The notes under the pieces: model-generated
Told to the model about the DNA's origin: nothing
The model's database searches: none
Seen by the model: the letters and a program-made list of their open reading frames with translations, nothing else
Made by a program: the position numbers and the translations under genes
In this document: positions 47,346-57,868 of the stretch, one piece after another
How the letters are laid out: each line of letters opens with the position of its first letter
How positions within the stretch are numbered: the first letter of the stretch is position 1
Assembly (NCBI GenBank): GCA_963668355.1
Contig: OY764265.1
Coordinates: 1,984,001-2,048,000, forward strand
Source: Bdellovibrionota bacterium
GTDB lineage: Bacteria > Bdellovibrionota_G > JALEGL01 > DATDPG01
DNA: 64,000 bases
Direction: 5' to 3'

Positions 47346-47361
47346 AGCAATTCACGTGCCA
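47346..47361 (-). promoter_or_regulatory. Sigma54 (-24/-12) promoter of the minor pilin operon
   Basis: Minus strand reads TGGCACGTGAATTGCT, a perfect consensus. IHF-like site at 47397-47409; dyad TGTCG-N8-CGACA at 47434-47451. Confidence 0.85.
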
Positions 47362-47648
47362 AGGTTATTTGGACAAACCCATGAAAATCACACGTGTAAG
47401 TACTTGAAAACTATAACGAATGAAAGGAAGTCCTGTCGAGAGAAAACGACACCATTTGTATTCGGACAGAATCGCCGATCCCACACCAGGTACGTAACCA
47501 TCGGGTGTTTTTCAGAATTCAAATTTAACCACTTGAGATTCGAAAAACGTAAACAAAAGTGTCCATCCATTCAGTTGTTTGAGTGATAGCAGATGGTTGG
47601 GCCGTTAAAGTTTTGGAGTTTGGCAAAAGTGAAGCTATTTTGGTTTCA

Positions 47649-48020
47649 ATGGATAAATTCAAGATGTCGGTTCGGATGGGGCTCTCTCTGGTTTTTCTTT
47701 TTTTGGGGGGAGGGTCATGTGTGTCCAATTCATCCAACACATCCGAGAACCCTTCTTTGGAAAAAACATTGAGTTCGGGGGAAAAGGTCTCCCAAACTTA
47801 TTTTTTCAAAGAATCCACCGATCAGACTCCCATGCAAGCTCTAAAAATGTTCAATATGTATCTAAGCCAAAGGAAAAAAAGCCTTTCCCCAAATGAGTCC
47901 TTTTCTGTGGAGGAATTGGGCTGTCAATGTGGATCTTTGGAGGAAGAAGATTCAAAAGAGTCTCCAAAGGCGGTTCAGGGGGTCTCCTGTGTATGTGAGA
48001 CGACGCTTGTGCGAAAATGA
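47649..48020 (+). CDS. Hypothetical putative lipoprotein
   Basis: Hydrophobic stretch ending LFLGGGSC; CQC and CVC pairs; ATGA overlap with the next gene. Confidence 0.5.
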   Translation: MDKFKMSVRMGLSLVFLFLGGGSCVSNSSNTSENPSLEKTLSSGEKVSQTYFFKESTDQTPMQALKMFNMYLSQRKKSLSPNESFSVEELGCQCGSLEEEDSKESPKAVQGVSCVCETTLVRK

Positions 48021-49093
48021 GAAAGGAACTTTCTGCTGTGGATAGCTCGTCGAGCCGCGCTAGATATTTCGGCATAGATCTCATGCGCTTTATCAGCATG
48101 ATGGCCATCGTCATGATGCATTCCCACGGAATCGTATTCTTCACCGACACCATTTATTTTTCTTATGATCAGTCCGTGTTTCTCTGGCTGTCTCCCTTCG
48201 GGCGTTTTTTTTCCATCAGTGGCTTTACAATCGTGGCCACCACCTCTTTTCTGTATGGTCGCAAGTCCCTGGGAAAAATGAAGCGTGGACTTATGTGGCT
48301 CTTGCTGGCCGGGATTTTTTTGCTTTTCTTGTTTTATGGAAGAGCCAATGCTCACGAAGGCTTCTTCTTTGAATGGGATGTGTATCACTTAATTCTTGTG
48401 GGATTTCTCGCAGTGAGGGCTGCGAAACCTCGTCCTAAAATTCTGTATGCCTTGGGGATTGTCGGTTTCTCTCTTTTGTGGGTTCCTTTTTGGCGAGTTC
48501 AAAACCATTGGGACGTGTCTTCTTGGCTGAAGGAGATTTTGATTGGTTGCTGTTATCCGCACGGGGAGCATGTCGCCAATTGGCCTATTTTTCCTTGGGT
48601 CGGGTTAATTTGGTTTCCCTATGTCTTGGGGCACTGGGTGAAAAATCACCGGGAATCTTTTTGGCCGTTTGGGAGAGGAGAGTGGATTGGTTGGGGCGTT
48701 CTCTTGTTGATTTCAATTCCGAATTTGGGAGCTTATTATCATACACCCATTGGGGACAATTTTCCGTGCCACATGTTTCGTCAACCCGTATGGGTGTTTT
48801 GGTCTCACTTCATATGGATTTTGTTCGGCATTCGCTCTAGCCTGACCCCAGGTTTTCAACGAAGTCTAGAGTCTAGTGCGATTGCAAGATTCATTTCAAA
48901 ACTCAACTGGTCTCGAAGATTCGGTTTGAGTTATTTCATTCAACTATACCTTCTTTTGATCATTGGTTTCCCTTTTCGAGATGAGCTTCAAAGTCATCCA
49001 GTTTGGTTTGATGTCTACTGGCTTTCCGTTATCCCCGTAACGGAATTCCTCAGTCGTTTGAGCCTATTTGTTTTTAAAAAATACAAAAAATAG
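48017..49093 (+). CDS. Multi-TM membrane acyltransferase-like protein (HGSNAT/DUF1624-like)
   Basis: R..GIDLMRFISMMAIVMMH, WDVYHLI and WPIFPWVG motifs; about 10 TM. Confidence 0.6.
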   Translation: MRKELSAVDSSSSRARYFGIDLMRFISMMAIVMMHSHGIVFFTDTIYFSYDQSVFLWLSPFGRFFSISGFTIVATTSFLYGRKSLGKMKRGLMWLLLAGIFLLFLFYGRANAHEGFFFEWDVYHLILVGFLAVRAAKPRPKILYALGIVGFSLLWVPFWRVQNHWDVSSWLKEILIGCCYPHGEHVANWPIFPWVGLIWFPYVLGHWVKNHRESFWPFGRGEWIGWGVLLLISIPNLGAYYHTPIGDNFPCHMFRQPVWVFWSHFIWILFGIRSSLTPGFQRSLESSAIARFISKLNWSRRFGLSYFIQLYLLLIIGFPFRDELQSHPVWFDVYWLSVIPVTEFLSRLSLFVFKKYKK

Positions 49094-49113
49094 AAAGTTA
49101 AAATCCGAGACGC

Positions 49114-51471
49114 TCAATGTTTGAGAATATTCTTGAAGGGAGAAACAGGCGTTAGTTCAGGGAATTTTTTGGCGAAGAATTTTTTGAAATAATTCCGATC
49201 CAATATTCGATACACCTTGGCCATGCGTCGTTTGCGATCTTGGCCGTATGTTTCATGTTGGCGTAGAGGGTCAATTTGAAAGTCATAACGGGGAGAGAGG
49301 AAGATGTCAGCATCTTGAAACTTTTTGTATAGAAATTTGGTCCTCATGAATTCCAGAATGGGATAATTGTCCGAATGAATGTCATGTTCGACGGGAGTGA
49401 ATCGATCAAAAATATTGTCGATCAGTTTTATGTCTGAAAAAACTTCATCCAGAACCAACCCTGGGAACGCTTTCTCCAAAGTCTTCACAACCATGGGATC
49501 AATGGATAGCTCATGGAAAGGTTTTTCCTCTAGTGAGTGGTTTCCACAAGTGAGCATGTAATAGGCCGAAGAGAGGAAGTGAAGCGCGCAAGTCGAAAAG
49601 TGGCGGTGCAGTCCATTGAGAATGACTTCCATCCCTTTCGAAGACATCTCTGACAATGAGATCCATGTGCCAAACACGCCTTCCGGTTTTAGAGCTTTGA
49701 CAATTTTTTTGTAATAGTCGACCGAATACAGTTTTGAGGCGGAATAATAACTAGGCGGAGGAGGTGTGTTGATGATGGCATCGTAATAGTCTTGTTTTCC
49801 TGTGATATAGGATCGGCCGTCCCCATAATGAAGCTTCGCGTTTGGATTTTTATTGAGGTTGAAATTGGCATAGGACAGAACCGGAAGCATCTGTAAAAAG
49901 GCTTCGTTGATTTCAATGACGTCTGTTTGATTGAATATTCGACTCACCGTTCCTGCAGTGATTCCCGTTCCCAGGCCGATGACGGCTGCTTTTTTTTGGC
50001 TCGGCGAGAACAGGGCTGGAATGATCCCTACCAAAACTTCTGGGGTGTTGATTTTTCCTTTCTCATGAACATTGATGCTGATGTGTCCGTTGAAGGTGAC
50101 ATAGGAGGAGCGAGGTGCGTCAACCAATGTTGCGCTGTTGGGTCCTCCTTTAAATGTTCTGACAGGAATGTCCCTTTCAATTCGATGGGCTCGGGCTGAA
50201 ACATAAAAGAAGTTGTCATTCCATTGTTGGTGCATGAGTAAGAGTGACAGCAGGGAAAGGACGAGGGCAACGGCATGTTTTGGTTTAAGTTTGGATTTTC
50301 CTAAGCCCACGACAAAAGCCAAAATTCCTAAAATGCCCACTCCATAGAGAAGAATTGGATTGGGAAGGAGCTCGTGTAGGAAGAGAACATAGAGAAGGTA
50401 TCCGAATGCATTGGCCAATCCGGACACAAATAAGAGGCTTCCCGCCTCTTCTTCGACTTTTCCCTCCCTGGATAAGATGGCAGGCAATAGGCCTCCAAAA
50501 AAGAACATGGGAATTAGGCCAAAGAAAGAAGATGTCAGAAGTTTTTCTCCCACATCCACCCACATGACATCCGGTAAAGACTTGAATATGGCGTGGTGAA
50601 GCTCAGTGGTGAAAGAAAACGTCGAAAAGATGAGACCGAGAGACAGGGACATGCCAACAATGCATGTTTCAAACCGAATTTTGAGTTTGGGGACAATCCA
50701 AGACCCAAGAAAAATTCCTAGCAAAATGACAAAAAGACCGATCGCAAAGTTTTCTCTGTGGGGGTAGAGAATATGAGAGCAAAGGTTGAGAAAAAACATC
50801 TGAAATATGGCGCTGGCGGTGCTGGCCAAGAAAAGGGCCAGAAAAATGTTTTTTGAAAAACGATGGCGAGCCTGATTGAGAGGGTGATCCGGGGTAAGGC
50901 TTTTGAAAAGCAAAACGATTCCGTTAAATACATTGATTCCTCCCAAAACGAAGAAGGAAGCTTGAAGGCCAATGGCCCGAACCAAAAAAAACTCGACGAT
51001 TAAAATGCTGCTTAAAGCACCCAAATTATAAACTTGGTACACCCTGCGGAAAGAAAGTCGATCTGGGGTCTGCTCTTTTATATAGGCACTGAACAGCGGA
51101 ATACTGGCTCCAATGCACAGACTGGGAATCAGTAGCAAGAGAGCCGTCACGAAAATGGTTAGATTGGAAGACTGACTGATGGTGTTTATGAGAGGTAGGT
51201 CGACGAGAAGTTCTGCGAAGAAAGGAATGCTCATCGCGTAGAGGCCCGTAAGGATTTCCAAGTGGGCCAATTTTCGAAATACGCGATGTGCAATGAGCGC
51301 GCCGATTCCGATTCCAAGTAGAAAGGTACTTAGAAGCGCAGCATGAACATAAAACATGTCTCCCATAAGAGAGGTGAGGAGTCTCATGTAGAGAACTTCG
51401 TAGGCCAGAGCGCAAGATCCGGATAGGAGGCATAAAACGAAAAGTGTGCGTGTGGGTCTCTCTGATTTCAT
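49114..51471 (-). CDS. Fused MFS-like multi-TM domain and spermidine-synthase-like SAM-binding domain
   Basis: LSGSCALAYEV..MRLL, FLLGIGIGA; about 12-13 TM; VIGLGTGITA, DVIEIN, GDGRSYI, YDAII, LYSVDYY..LKPEG. Confidence 0.8.
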   Translation of the reverse strand: MKSERPTRTLFVLCLLSGSCALAYEVLYMRLLTSLMGDMFYVHAALLSTFLLGIGIGALIAHRVFRKLAHLEILTGLYAMSIPFFAELLVDLPLINTISQSSNLTIFVTALLLLIPSLCIGASIPLFSAYIKEQTPDRLSFRRVYQVYNLGALSSILIVEFFLVRAIGLQASFFVLGGINVFNGIVLLFKSLTPDHPLNQARHRFSKNIFLALFLASTASAIFQMFFLNLCSHILYPHRENFAIGLFVILLGIFLGSWIVPKLKIRFETCIVGMSLSLGLIFSTFSFTTELHHAIFKSLPDVMWVDVGEKLLTSSFFGLIPMFFFGGLLPAILSREGKVEEEAGSLLFVSGLANAFGYLLYVLFLHELLPNPILLYGVGILGILAFVVGLGKSKLKPKHAVALVLSLLSLLLMHQQWNDNFFYVSARAHRIERDIPVRTFKGGPNSATLVDAPRSSYVTFNGHISINVHEKGKINTPEVLVGIIPALFSPSQKKAAVIGLGTGITAGTVSRIFNQTDVIEINEAFLQMLPVLSYANFNLNKNPNAKLHYGDGRSYITGKQDYYDAIINTPPPPSYYSASKLYSVDYYKKIVKALKPEGVFGTWISLSEMSSKGMEVILNGLHRHFSTCALHFLSSAYYMLTCGNHSLEEKPFHELSIDPMVVKTLEKAFPGLVLDEVFSDIKLIDNIFDRFTPVEHDIHSDNYPILEFMRTKFLYKKFQDADIFLSPRYDFQIDPLRQHETYGQDRKRRMAKVYRILDRNYFKKFFAKKFPELTPVSPFKNILKH

Positions 51472-52067
51472 CTTGAAGGGCCTTCCGATTCGATCTGATG
51501 AAGCATATGTTCCAACTCATGAATCTTTTTTTTAAGATGATGAGCGAGGTTTCGAGGTTTTTTCATAAAATCTCGATCTTTTCTAGGCGGAAGGCGTGTG
51601 AGTTCGTTTAAGCGCCTTTTTAACTTGGGTAACGCTTCTCCGATTTCACTTCGAATGGCCGAAGAATGAGACTTTTCGGTTCGAAGAATGTCTACCAAAA
51701 CGATATAGGCTTCTCCTGAATAAGGATCGAGTTGAAGGTATCGACGGATTTCCTTTTTGGCCTGCTTCAGTTTTCCTTCTTTTAGCAGAACTTTGGCTAA
51801 GGTGATGCGGAATGGGGAGTTTGGTTCGATCTCCAAAGAACGATTGAGGTGTCTTTCAGCGCTTTCCAGACTTCCTTCCATCATGGCCGTATGGCCTTTT
51901 CGATATTCTCGAATTTCTTCTGTGTCTCCCACCGGGACATTGAAAAGAAGAGAAGATAGATATTTCACCGTCCATGTAACCGTGGGAAGGAAGAAAATGG
52001 CCATGGCGGTGGTTGCGAGAGCCGCGAGAATGGGGATCCTGAGTTCTTTATTTTTTATAGGAAGCAA
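51468..52067 (-). CDS. Membrane-anchored TPR protein
   Basis: N-terminal TM; TPR-like AERHLNRSLEIEPNS and YLQLDPYSGEAY. Confidence 0.7.
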   Translation of the reverse strand: MLPIKNKELRIPILAALATTAMAIFFLPTVTWTVKYLSSLLFNVPVGDTEEIREYRKGHTAMMEGSLESAERHLNRSLEIEPNSPFRITLAKVLLKEGKLKQAKKEIRRYLQLDPYSGEAYIVLVDILRTEKSHSSAIRSEIGEALPKLKRRLNELTRLPPRKDRDFMKKPRNLAHHLKKKIHELEHMLHQIESEGPSR

Positions 52068-52854
52068 GGATGGTTTCCCCTCCGTAGACGTATTGACCGG
52101 TTTCTACGTTTATTTTGAGCTTTTCGAGTTCCTGTGTCTCAATAAAAATGTCGGTTTGAGATCCATACGTAATGATCCCAAATTTTTCCCCTTTCGTGAC
52201 CTTTTGTCCGGGCTGGACCCAAGTTAAAATTTTCCCGACATCATAGTCAGCAATTCGCGTGATGTAACAACGAAAATCTCCATCCAGAACCAAGACTTCT
52301 CGCGCGCTTCGAAGAATGAAATCAGCTTCGTTGATGAGTTCTTCGTTTTCGATGCCCAACCAGCGTTCGAAAAAAACTTTCCCCGGAAGCAGAGCCGATA
52401 GAATGTGTTGACGCTCAAAGGTTCCCATTGAGAAGTGAGGACCGTTTACCCAGGTGCGCTGAGTGATCGTTCCCGAAAGGGGAACTCGCCCCAGATGGAC
52501 TGAGTGTCCCCCCATGAAAATGCCGATGAGAAGTCCTCCTTGGTTTTTCACTTCAGAAGTATGGAAGAATTCAATGAGAGGAATGGGGGTTCGGTTCTTG
52601 ATGACAATCGGGACCTGTCCGTTTTTAACTTCCTTGACGTAGAGGATTCGACCATCGGCAGGAGCAACAATATTGTCTCCAACGGGAGGCGTTCGAGGAG
52701 GATCTTTTACCATGCGAGTATAAAGATAATCTGTAACGAATGCCGTTCGGAGCGTGACCAAGAGTAATAATGCAAGAAAAGTACTCCAGGAAACCAAGAG
52801 CGTTGCCCATAGGCGCGTTTTTCTAGATGATTCTTGGGTCCTTTCGTTCTTCAT
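52048..52854 (-). CDS. Phosphatidylserine decarboxylase-like pyruvoyl proenzyme
   Basis: KDPPRTPP, VAPADG, IGIFM...VH..RVPLSG, KGEKFGII.YGSQTD (GS cleavage site), V..GETIL. Confidence 0.8.
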   Translation of the reverse strand: MKNERTQESSRKTRLWATLLVSWSTFLALLLLVTLRTAFVTDYLYTRMVKDPPRTPPVGDNIVAPADGRILYVKEVKNGQVPIVIKNRTPIPLIEFFHTSEVKNQGGLLIGIFMGGHSVHLGRVPLSGTITQRTWVNGPHFSMGTFERQHILSALLPGKVFFERWLGIENEELINEADFILRSAREVLVLDGDFRCYITRIADYDVGKILTWVQPGQKVTKGEKFGIITYGSQTDIFIETQELEKLKINVETGQYVYGGETILASYKK

Positions 52855-52865
52855 ACATGCAACAC

Positions 52866-54578
52866 TTAGGAAGTCTTCTTCTGTTGCATTTTACCCCAAC
52901 TGTCCCGTAAGCCCACGGTTTGATTGAATATGAGTTGCTCGGAAGTAGAGCTTAGATCTATGCAGAAATATCCTTGGCGCTCAAATTGAACTTGGGCTCC
53001 GGGGGACATCTTTTTGAGGCTAGGCTCGACTTTCGCGTTCGAGAGGACCTCCAAAGAGTTTGGATTTAGGTTGGCGAAGAAATCTTGTCCTTCTTCAACT
53101 TCATCCGGATTTTCTTTCCCAAAAAGTCGGTCATACAAATTTACGGTTGCTTCCTGAGCGTGGGGAACGGAAACCCAGTGTATTGTTCCTCGGACTTTGC
53201 GCCCATCTGGAGCATTTCCACCTCTCGTTTCGGGGTCATAGGTGCACCGCAGTTCAATGACATTTCCGTCTTCATCTTTGATGGCGTCATTGCAGGTGAT
53301 GAAATAGGCATAACGCAAGCGAACCTCGCGTCCCGGTCCGAGACGATGATATTTTTTGGGGGGATCGTCCATGTAGTCCGTCTCTTCAATGTAGAGTTCT
53401 CGGCTAAATGGAAGTGTGCGTGTCCCTGAATTCGGATCTGCAGGATTATTGATGGCTTCCAGCTCTTCCGTTTTTCCTTCAGGATAATTTTCAATCACAA
53501 CCTTGATGGGACGAAGCACACCCATCACACGATCGGCCTTTTTATTGAGATCTTCTCGGACATAGTGTTCCAATAATTGGATGTCTACGGTGCTATTGGC
53601 TTTGGCCACTCCGATGGCGGAACAAAAATTTCGTATCGACTCTGGGGTGTAGCCTCGTCTTCGAATGCCCGAAAGGGTGGGCATTCTGGGATCATCCCAA
53701 CCGCTCACTACTTTTTCTTGTACAAGCTTAAGCAAACGCCGCTTGCTTAATGTGGTGTAGGTAAGATTCAATCGAGCAAATTCAATTTGTTGAGGAGCAT
53801 GGATTTCAAGGTTTTGAACAAACCAATCGTACAATGGTCGATGGTCTTCAAACTCTAATGTGCAGACCGAATGGGTGATTCCTTCAATGGAATCGGACTG
53901 TCCGTGGGCAAAATCATACATGGGATATATGCACCACTTTTCTCCCGTTCGATGATGTTTGGCCCGAAGGATACGATACATGACAGGATCTCGCATATTG
54001 AGATTCCCAGATGCCATGTCAATTTTGGCGCGCAAGACCTTGGCCCCATCCGAGTACTCTCCGGACTTCATTCGGCGAAATAAATCCAAGTTTTCTTCTA
54101 CGCTTCGGTTTCGAAAAGGACTTTCTTTTCCGGGTTGGGTCATGGATCCACGATGTTCCCGAATTTCGCCAGCGGATAAGTCATCCACATACGCGAGACC
54201 TTTTTGAATGAGTTTTTCTGCATACGCATAGAGGGTGTCAAAGTAGTCCGACGCAAAAAACTCTCGTTCTTCCCAATCAAAACCCAACCATCGAACATCG
54301 GTTTTGATGGACTCAACATACTCGGCTTCTTCTTTGATGGGATTGGTGTCGTCAAACCTTAGATTGCATAATCCGTCATTGTCTTTGGCCAAGCCAAAAT
54401 TCAGACAAATGGATTTTGCGTGACCGAGGTGCAAATAACCGTTGGGCTCCGGAGGAAATCTCGTGTGGACTCTTCCATCAAACCGTCCGGAAGTGTTGTG
54501 TTCATTGATGATTGTTTGAACGAAGTTGGATGTTTTCTTCTCGGAAGAATTCACATCCTCTTTCTCGTTGTGTTTCAC
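52866..54578 (-). CDS. glnS: Glutamine--tRNA ligase
   Basis: [69 protein letters not shown]. Start GTG 54578 after GAGGAG. Confidence 0.96.
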   Translation of the reverse strand: MKHNEKEDVNSSEKKTSNFVQTIINEHNTSGRFDGRVHTRFPPEPNGYLHLGHAKSICLNFGLAKDNDGLCNLRFDDTNPIKEEAEYVESIKTDVRWLGFDWEEREFFASDYFDTLYAYAEKLIQKGLAYVDDLSAGEIREHRGSMTQPGKESPFRNRSVEENLDLFRRMKSGEYSDGAKVLRAKIDMASGNLNMRDPVMYRILRAKHHRTGEKWCIYPMYDFAHGQSDSIEGITHSVCTLEFEDHRPLYDWFVQNLEIHAPQQIEFARLNLTYTTLSKRRLLKLVQEKVVSGWDDPRMPTLSGIRRRGYTPESIRNFCSAIGVAKANSTVDIQLLEHYVREDLNKKADRVMGVLRPIKVVIENYPEGKTEELEAINNPADPNSGTRTLPFSRELYIEETDYMDDPPKKYHRLGPGREVRLRYAYFITCNDAIKDEDGNVIELRCTYDPETRGGNAPDGRKVRGTIHWVSVPHAQEATVNLYDRLFGKENPDEVEEGQDFFANLNPNSLEVLSNAKVEPSLKKMSPGAQVQFERQGYFCIDLSSTSEQLIFNQTVGLRDSWGKMQQKKTS

Positions 54579-54656
54579 AAAAGTCTCCTCATAAAAAAAG
54601 CAATATAGCAACTTGCTTGCCAAGGAACAACGGTGAGAAGATAATTCAGAGGAGTC

Positions 54657-56207
54657 TTGTGGATGAAATGTATCTTTGTTGCAATTCTGTTGATTGGACA
54701 GATGGCCGCTTCTTGCGCTTTGTGGGCCCAACCCTCAGAGGCCACTTTGACTATGGCGGTGCAGCACCTTGAGAAAAAGCAACCTGAGAAGGCTCGCGCA
54801 TTGTTACTTGCCTTTCTCCAGCGGGACCCAAAAAACGCTCTGGCTTGGTTCAATCTGGGCAATTCGGAGTTCATGCTGAAAAGGTATGAAAAGGCCTTGG
54901 TGGCCTACCGGAAAGTCATCCGACTTCATAGTTCCCTGTCTCCCGCAGCGGCTTTGTACATGGTGAAATGCTATCGAAAGTCTCTGAAGAGAGAGAAGGC
55001 GTCCCGCTTGGCGCAGAAGGTAAAGCTTTGGAAACTACTCCCCGGACTAAAGACGGCGCTGGTCGAGGAGATTCGACGCATTCAAGAAGCATTCATCGAA
55101 GCTGGACTTAGGAGTTATGAGTCCAAAAATTATTTGGACGCTTTAAAACAGGCAGATGGTGCACTGCTTCTCGGCCCATCCAGCGATGCCTCCACGCTTC
55201 GTGCACTGTCGCTTTTAAAACAAGGGGAAACTGAAAAAGCGCGAATGGCATTAACCCGAGCATCTAGAAACTCCAACGGAACTTCTCAGGCAGAGGCTCG
55301 GGAACTCATTTCTCAGATTGACCAGGGAAAATGGGCTTTGGGACAAAGGCCCTATTGGTTGTTTTTGGACCTGGGCGGGAGCTATAACACTAATTTGTTT
55401 GGAGACGGGGTGAATGAGTCCACCATCGGAAAGGGATCTTTTTCAGCAATTCTGGGAGGGGCTTATCGGTGGAAATTGGGAAAGGGTTTCTCTTTTCAGA
55501 TTTCGGACCTGATTTCGTGGGATGAAGTGCTGGATTTAACGAGTCTTCGTTGGATTCGAAACAGTCTTTTTACCGGTTTGGAGTGGAAGGATGCGCTTTG
55601 GGAGGTCTTGATTCGTCCGGGACTTCAATACGAAATTCTAGGAGCAGATTCTTTTTTAGTGAAACCCCAAGTTGGGTTTGATGTGAAGAGAGTGTATCCC
55701 GATTTTGAAGGAAAGCTTCAGTACTTATATCGACGAAACATTTCTGCTTCGGATGTGTACCGTTATCTGGATGGAAATGTTCATGAGGTGATTGCTTCGT
55801 GGGTCATATGCCCCTTTCGGTGGCGTCTAACCTTTTTGGGGAAATGGGTTTATGAAGGGATTGACGACTTGGCTTTGACGACCGGAACGTTGCCATTGAA
55901 AAATCAGGCTTATGGTCCCGGCATTCGATTTTTCTCGCCGATATTCACTTCTTGGACTTTCTCCGCACAGTTGCTTTATTTGAGAAAAAACTACTCGAAT
56001 GTTGAACAACCTAATTCTGTTTCAAGAGATGATCATGTGTTCTATCTCTTCGGAAAACTGTCAAAGAAGATCAGCTCTCACCTGGGATTGTTTGGTTCCA
56101 TCGAATTTACCAAAAATCAATCTACGTTGGATGCACGTTATTTGGACGACAAAAATTTTCAGCAATGGGTATTTATGGGGGGCCTTTCGTGGGATCTTCT
56201 TCCATAG
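54657..56207 (+). CDS. Secreted TPR protein with C-terminal beta-barrel-like domain
   Basis: Signal peptide; TPRs ([12 protein letters not shown]); C-terminal amphipathic strands ending GGLSWDLLP. Confidence 0.65.
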   Translation: MWMKCIFVAILLIGQMAASCALWAQPSEATLTMAVQHLEKKQPEKARALLLAFLQRDPKNALAWFNLGNSEFMLKRYEKALVAYRKVIRLHSSLSPAAALYMVKCYRKSLKREKASRLAQKVKLWKLLPGLKTALVEEIRRIQEAFIEAGLRSYESKNYLDALKQADGALLLGPSSDASTLRALSLLKQGETEKARMALTRASRNSNGTSQAEARELISQIDQGKWALGQRPYWLFLDLGGSYNTNLFGDGVNESTIGKGSFSAILGGAYRWKLGKGFSFQISDLISWDEVLDLTSLRWIRNSLFTGLEWKDALWEVLIRPGLQYEILGADSFLVKPQVGFDVKRVYPDFEGKLQYLYRRNISASDVYRYLDGNVHEVIASWVICPFRWRLTFLGKWVYEGIDDLALTTGTLPLKNQAYGPGIRFFSPIFTSWTFSAQLLYLRKNYSNVEQPNSVSRDDHVFYLFGKLSKKISSHLGLFGSIEFTKNQSTLDARYLDDKNFQQWVFMGGLSWDLLP

Positions 56208-56725
56208 CGGAATTGGTTAAAAGGGCACAAAAGGGAAGTGAAGAAGCCATTTCAGACTTAATCTCTCTCTTCCAATTCGATCTATATCGATTCTGTGTCT
56301 ATCTAACGAAGACCCCTCACGAGGCAGAAGATCTGACCCAAGATGTTTTTCTAAAAGTATTGAAAAATATCAAGAAAGTGAAAAAGCCTGAGATGTTTAA
56401 GTCATGGTTGTTTCAATCTGCGAAGAATCTCTTCTTAGATCGATTGAAAGCAACGCAGGTTCGTCAAAAAGTGAGCCGTGAGAAGGTTGAACAAGCGATG
56501 GGTATTACGGAAGCCTCCAATCCGGAACGCGTTTTGGAGCTTCAGAAAACCCTGGAAAAGCTTGCCCCGGAAGATCGCTTGTTAATTCTTTTGGTGGATC
56601 AACAGGGCTATTCATATGGAGAGGTAGCGGACCTTTTTGGGCTGAGCGAGTCGGCTGTAACCTCTCGAATTTATAGGGTTCGTCAACACATCAGGAACGA
56701 TTTTGAAAAAAAAGAAAGGAATTAA
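56165..56725 (+). CDS. ECF sigma-70 factor
   Basis: LVKRAQKG, EAEDLTQDVFLK, FKSWLF, YSYGEVA..G.SESAVTSRIYR. The start may be GTG 56189. Confidence 0.9.
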   Translation: MGIYGGPFVGSSSIAELVKRAQKGSEEAISDLISLFQFDLYRFCVYLTKTPHEAEDLTQDVFLKVLKNIKKVKKPEMFKSWLFQSAKNLFLDRLKATQVRQKVSREKVEQAMGITEASNPERVLELQKTLEKLAPEDRLLILLVDQQGYSYGEVADLFGLSESAVTSRIYRVRQHIRNDFEKKERN

Positions 56726-56752
56726 GACGTTCGGGCGTCTTATCTGCAGGAC

Positions 56753-57349
56753 ATGAAGGATCAGATTGACAGAGAAGGGCAGGATATTCGGAATCTCTTT
56801 TCGGAAGCGGAGGAATCATTGCAAGGACCTACTCCTTACATGCGTACGCGGATACTGGCGAATCTTCGAGAAGGCCGAGCCAACCAACGAACATTGTTGT
56901 GGAAACGGCTCGCTTTTTCGAGTCCGATCGTGAGTGCCATCGTTCTAGCTGTCGTTTTTTTGAATGGCTCTGAACCTGCGTTTCGAGCCTCCGTGAATGA
57001 AAAGGTGTTGGTTAAGGTGGAGGTTCAGGGCATGAAAGAAATGCCGGTCTCGTTTGCTGAGATTGAACTTCCAAGCAATGTGTTCTTCTATTCTGAAAAG
57101 TATCCAGAACTGGCTTCTCAAAAGCAGATCCGTTTGGCTTGGTCTTATGTCCAGGAGATGGGATCACTTCCCATCGTCATCCAGTCGAGGGATGCCGGGA
57201 TCAAGCCAGTTAAGGTGCGATTTTTAGATCACGATCTTAAGCTCGTGAAAGAAAGGGAAATCGCGATTCAGTTTGAAGCTCTCGTAAAACATGGGAGCTC
57301 GGCTTTTTTCAAGGAAAGTCCATTAAATGGAAAGGATGTTTGGATATGA
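56753..57349 (+). CDS. Putative single-TM anti-sigma factor
   Basis: Directly after the ECF gene; short cytoplasmic domain (PTPYMRTRILA), one TM and a periplasmic beta-rich domain. Confidence 0.6.
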   Translation: MKDQIDREGQDIRNLFSEAEESLQGPTPYMRTRILANLREGRANQRTLLWKRLAFSSPIVSAIVLAVVFLNGSEPAFRASVNEKVLVKVEVQGMKEMPVSFAEIELPSNVFFYSEKYPELASQKQIRLAWSYVQEMGSLPIVIQSRDAGIKPVKVRFLDHDLKLVKEREIAIQFEALVKHGSSAFFKESPLNGKDVWI

Positions 57350-57843
57350 AACGCAATTTATTTTTCACGATGACAGTGGTTGTCTTTTTGGCCTTTCCGG
57401 CCATGGTTTTGGCTGAAGATGAGGTGTTACCTGCGGGCACCGAAGACATTAAAGCTTTTGATCAAGCTCTTGAAAGAGATCGCATTCGTGAGCGTTCCAA
57501 GACCCATGCAGATGAAACAGGAAATGAAGTGGGCGACATGGTGCGTACACAAACGAGGACTCGCACCCGTAGCAAAGGGAATTTGAGTGACGCCGTTTCG
57601 GAAGAAGCGAAGAAGATGCAGAAAGCTGGAGATGTTGAGAAACAACAGATTCATGAACGTTTGCGAGAGCGGGTACGGGAACAAGTCAGCGAAGGCCAGG
57701 GAACCATGGAACGAACGCGAACCCGTTCAGACCTAGTGCCGGACGAAGAACAACAGCAACAGCTTCGCGATGGGTCGGGAAATGAGACTCAGGGAGAGGG
57801 TTCTAATCAAGGCTCCCACTCTGGAAATCAAAACGGTCGTTAG
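57340..57843 (+). CDS. Secreted low-complexity charged protein
   Basis: Signal peptide ending MVLA; RTQTRTRTR and RERVRE repeats; Gly/Gln/Asn-rich tail. Confidence 0.65.
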   Translation: MDMKRNLFFTMTVVVFLAFPAMVLAEDEVLPAGTEDIKAFDQALERDRIRERSKTHADETGNEVGDMVRTQTRTRTRSKGNLSDAVSEEAKKMQKAGDVEKQQIHERLRERVREQVSEGQGTMERTRTRSDLVPDEEQQQQLRDGSGNETQGEGSNQGSHSGNQNGR

Positions 57844-57868
57844 GCTAAAATAAAACGTGGCAATCGTT

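Noticed and set aside
49114..51471. Annotation as true spermidine synthase (speE)
   Set aside because: Lacks GGGDG and the catalytic Asp, and is fused to a large membrane domain.
54579..54731. 51-aa N-terminal extension of GlnRS
   Set aside because: It overlaps the divergent TPR gene start; a GAGGAG RBS supports GTG 54578.
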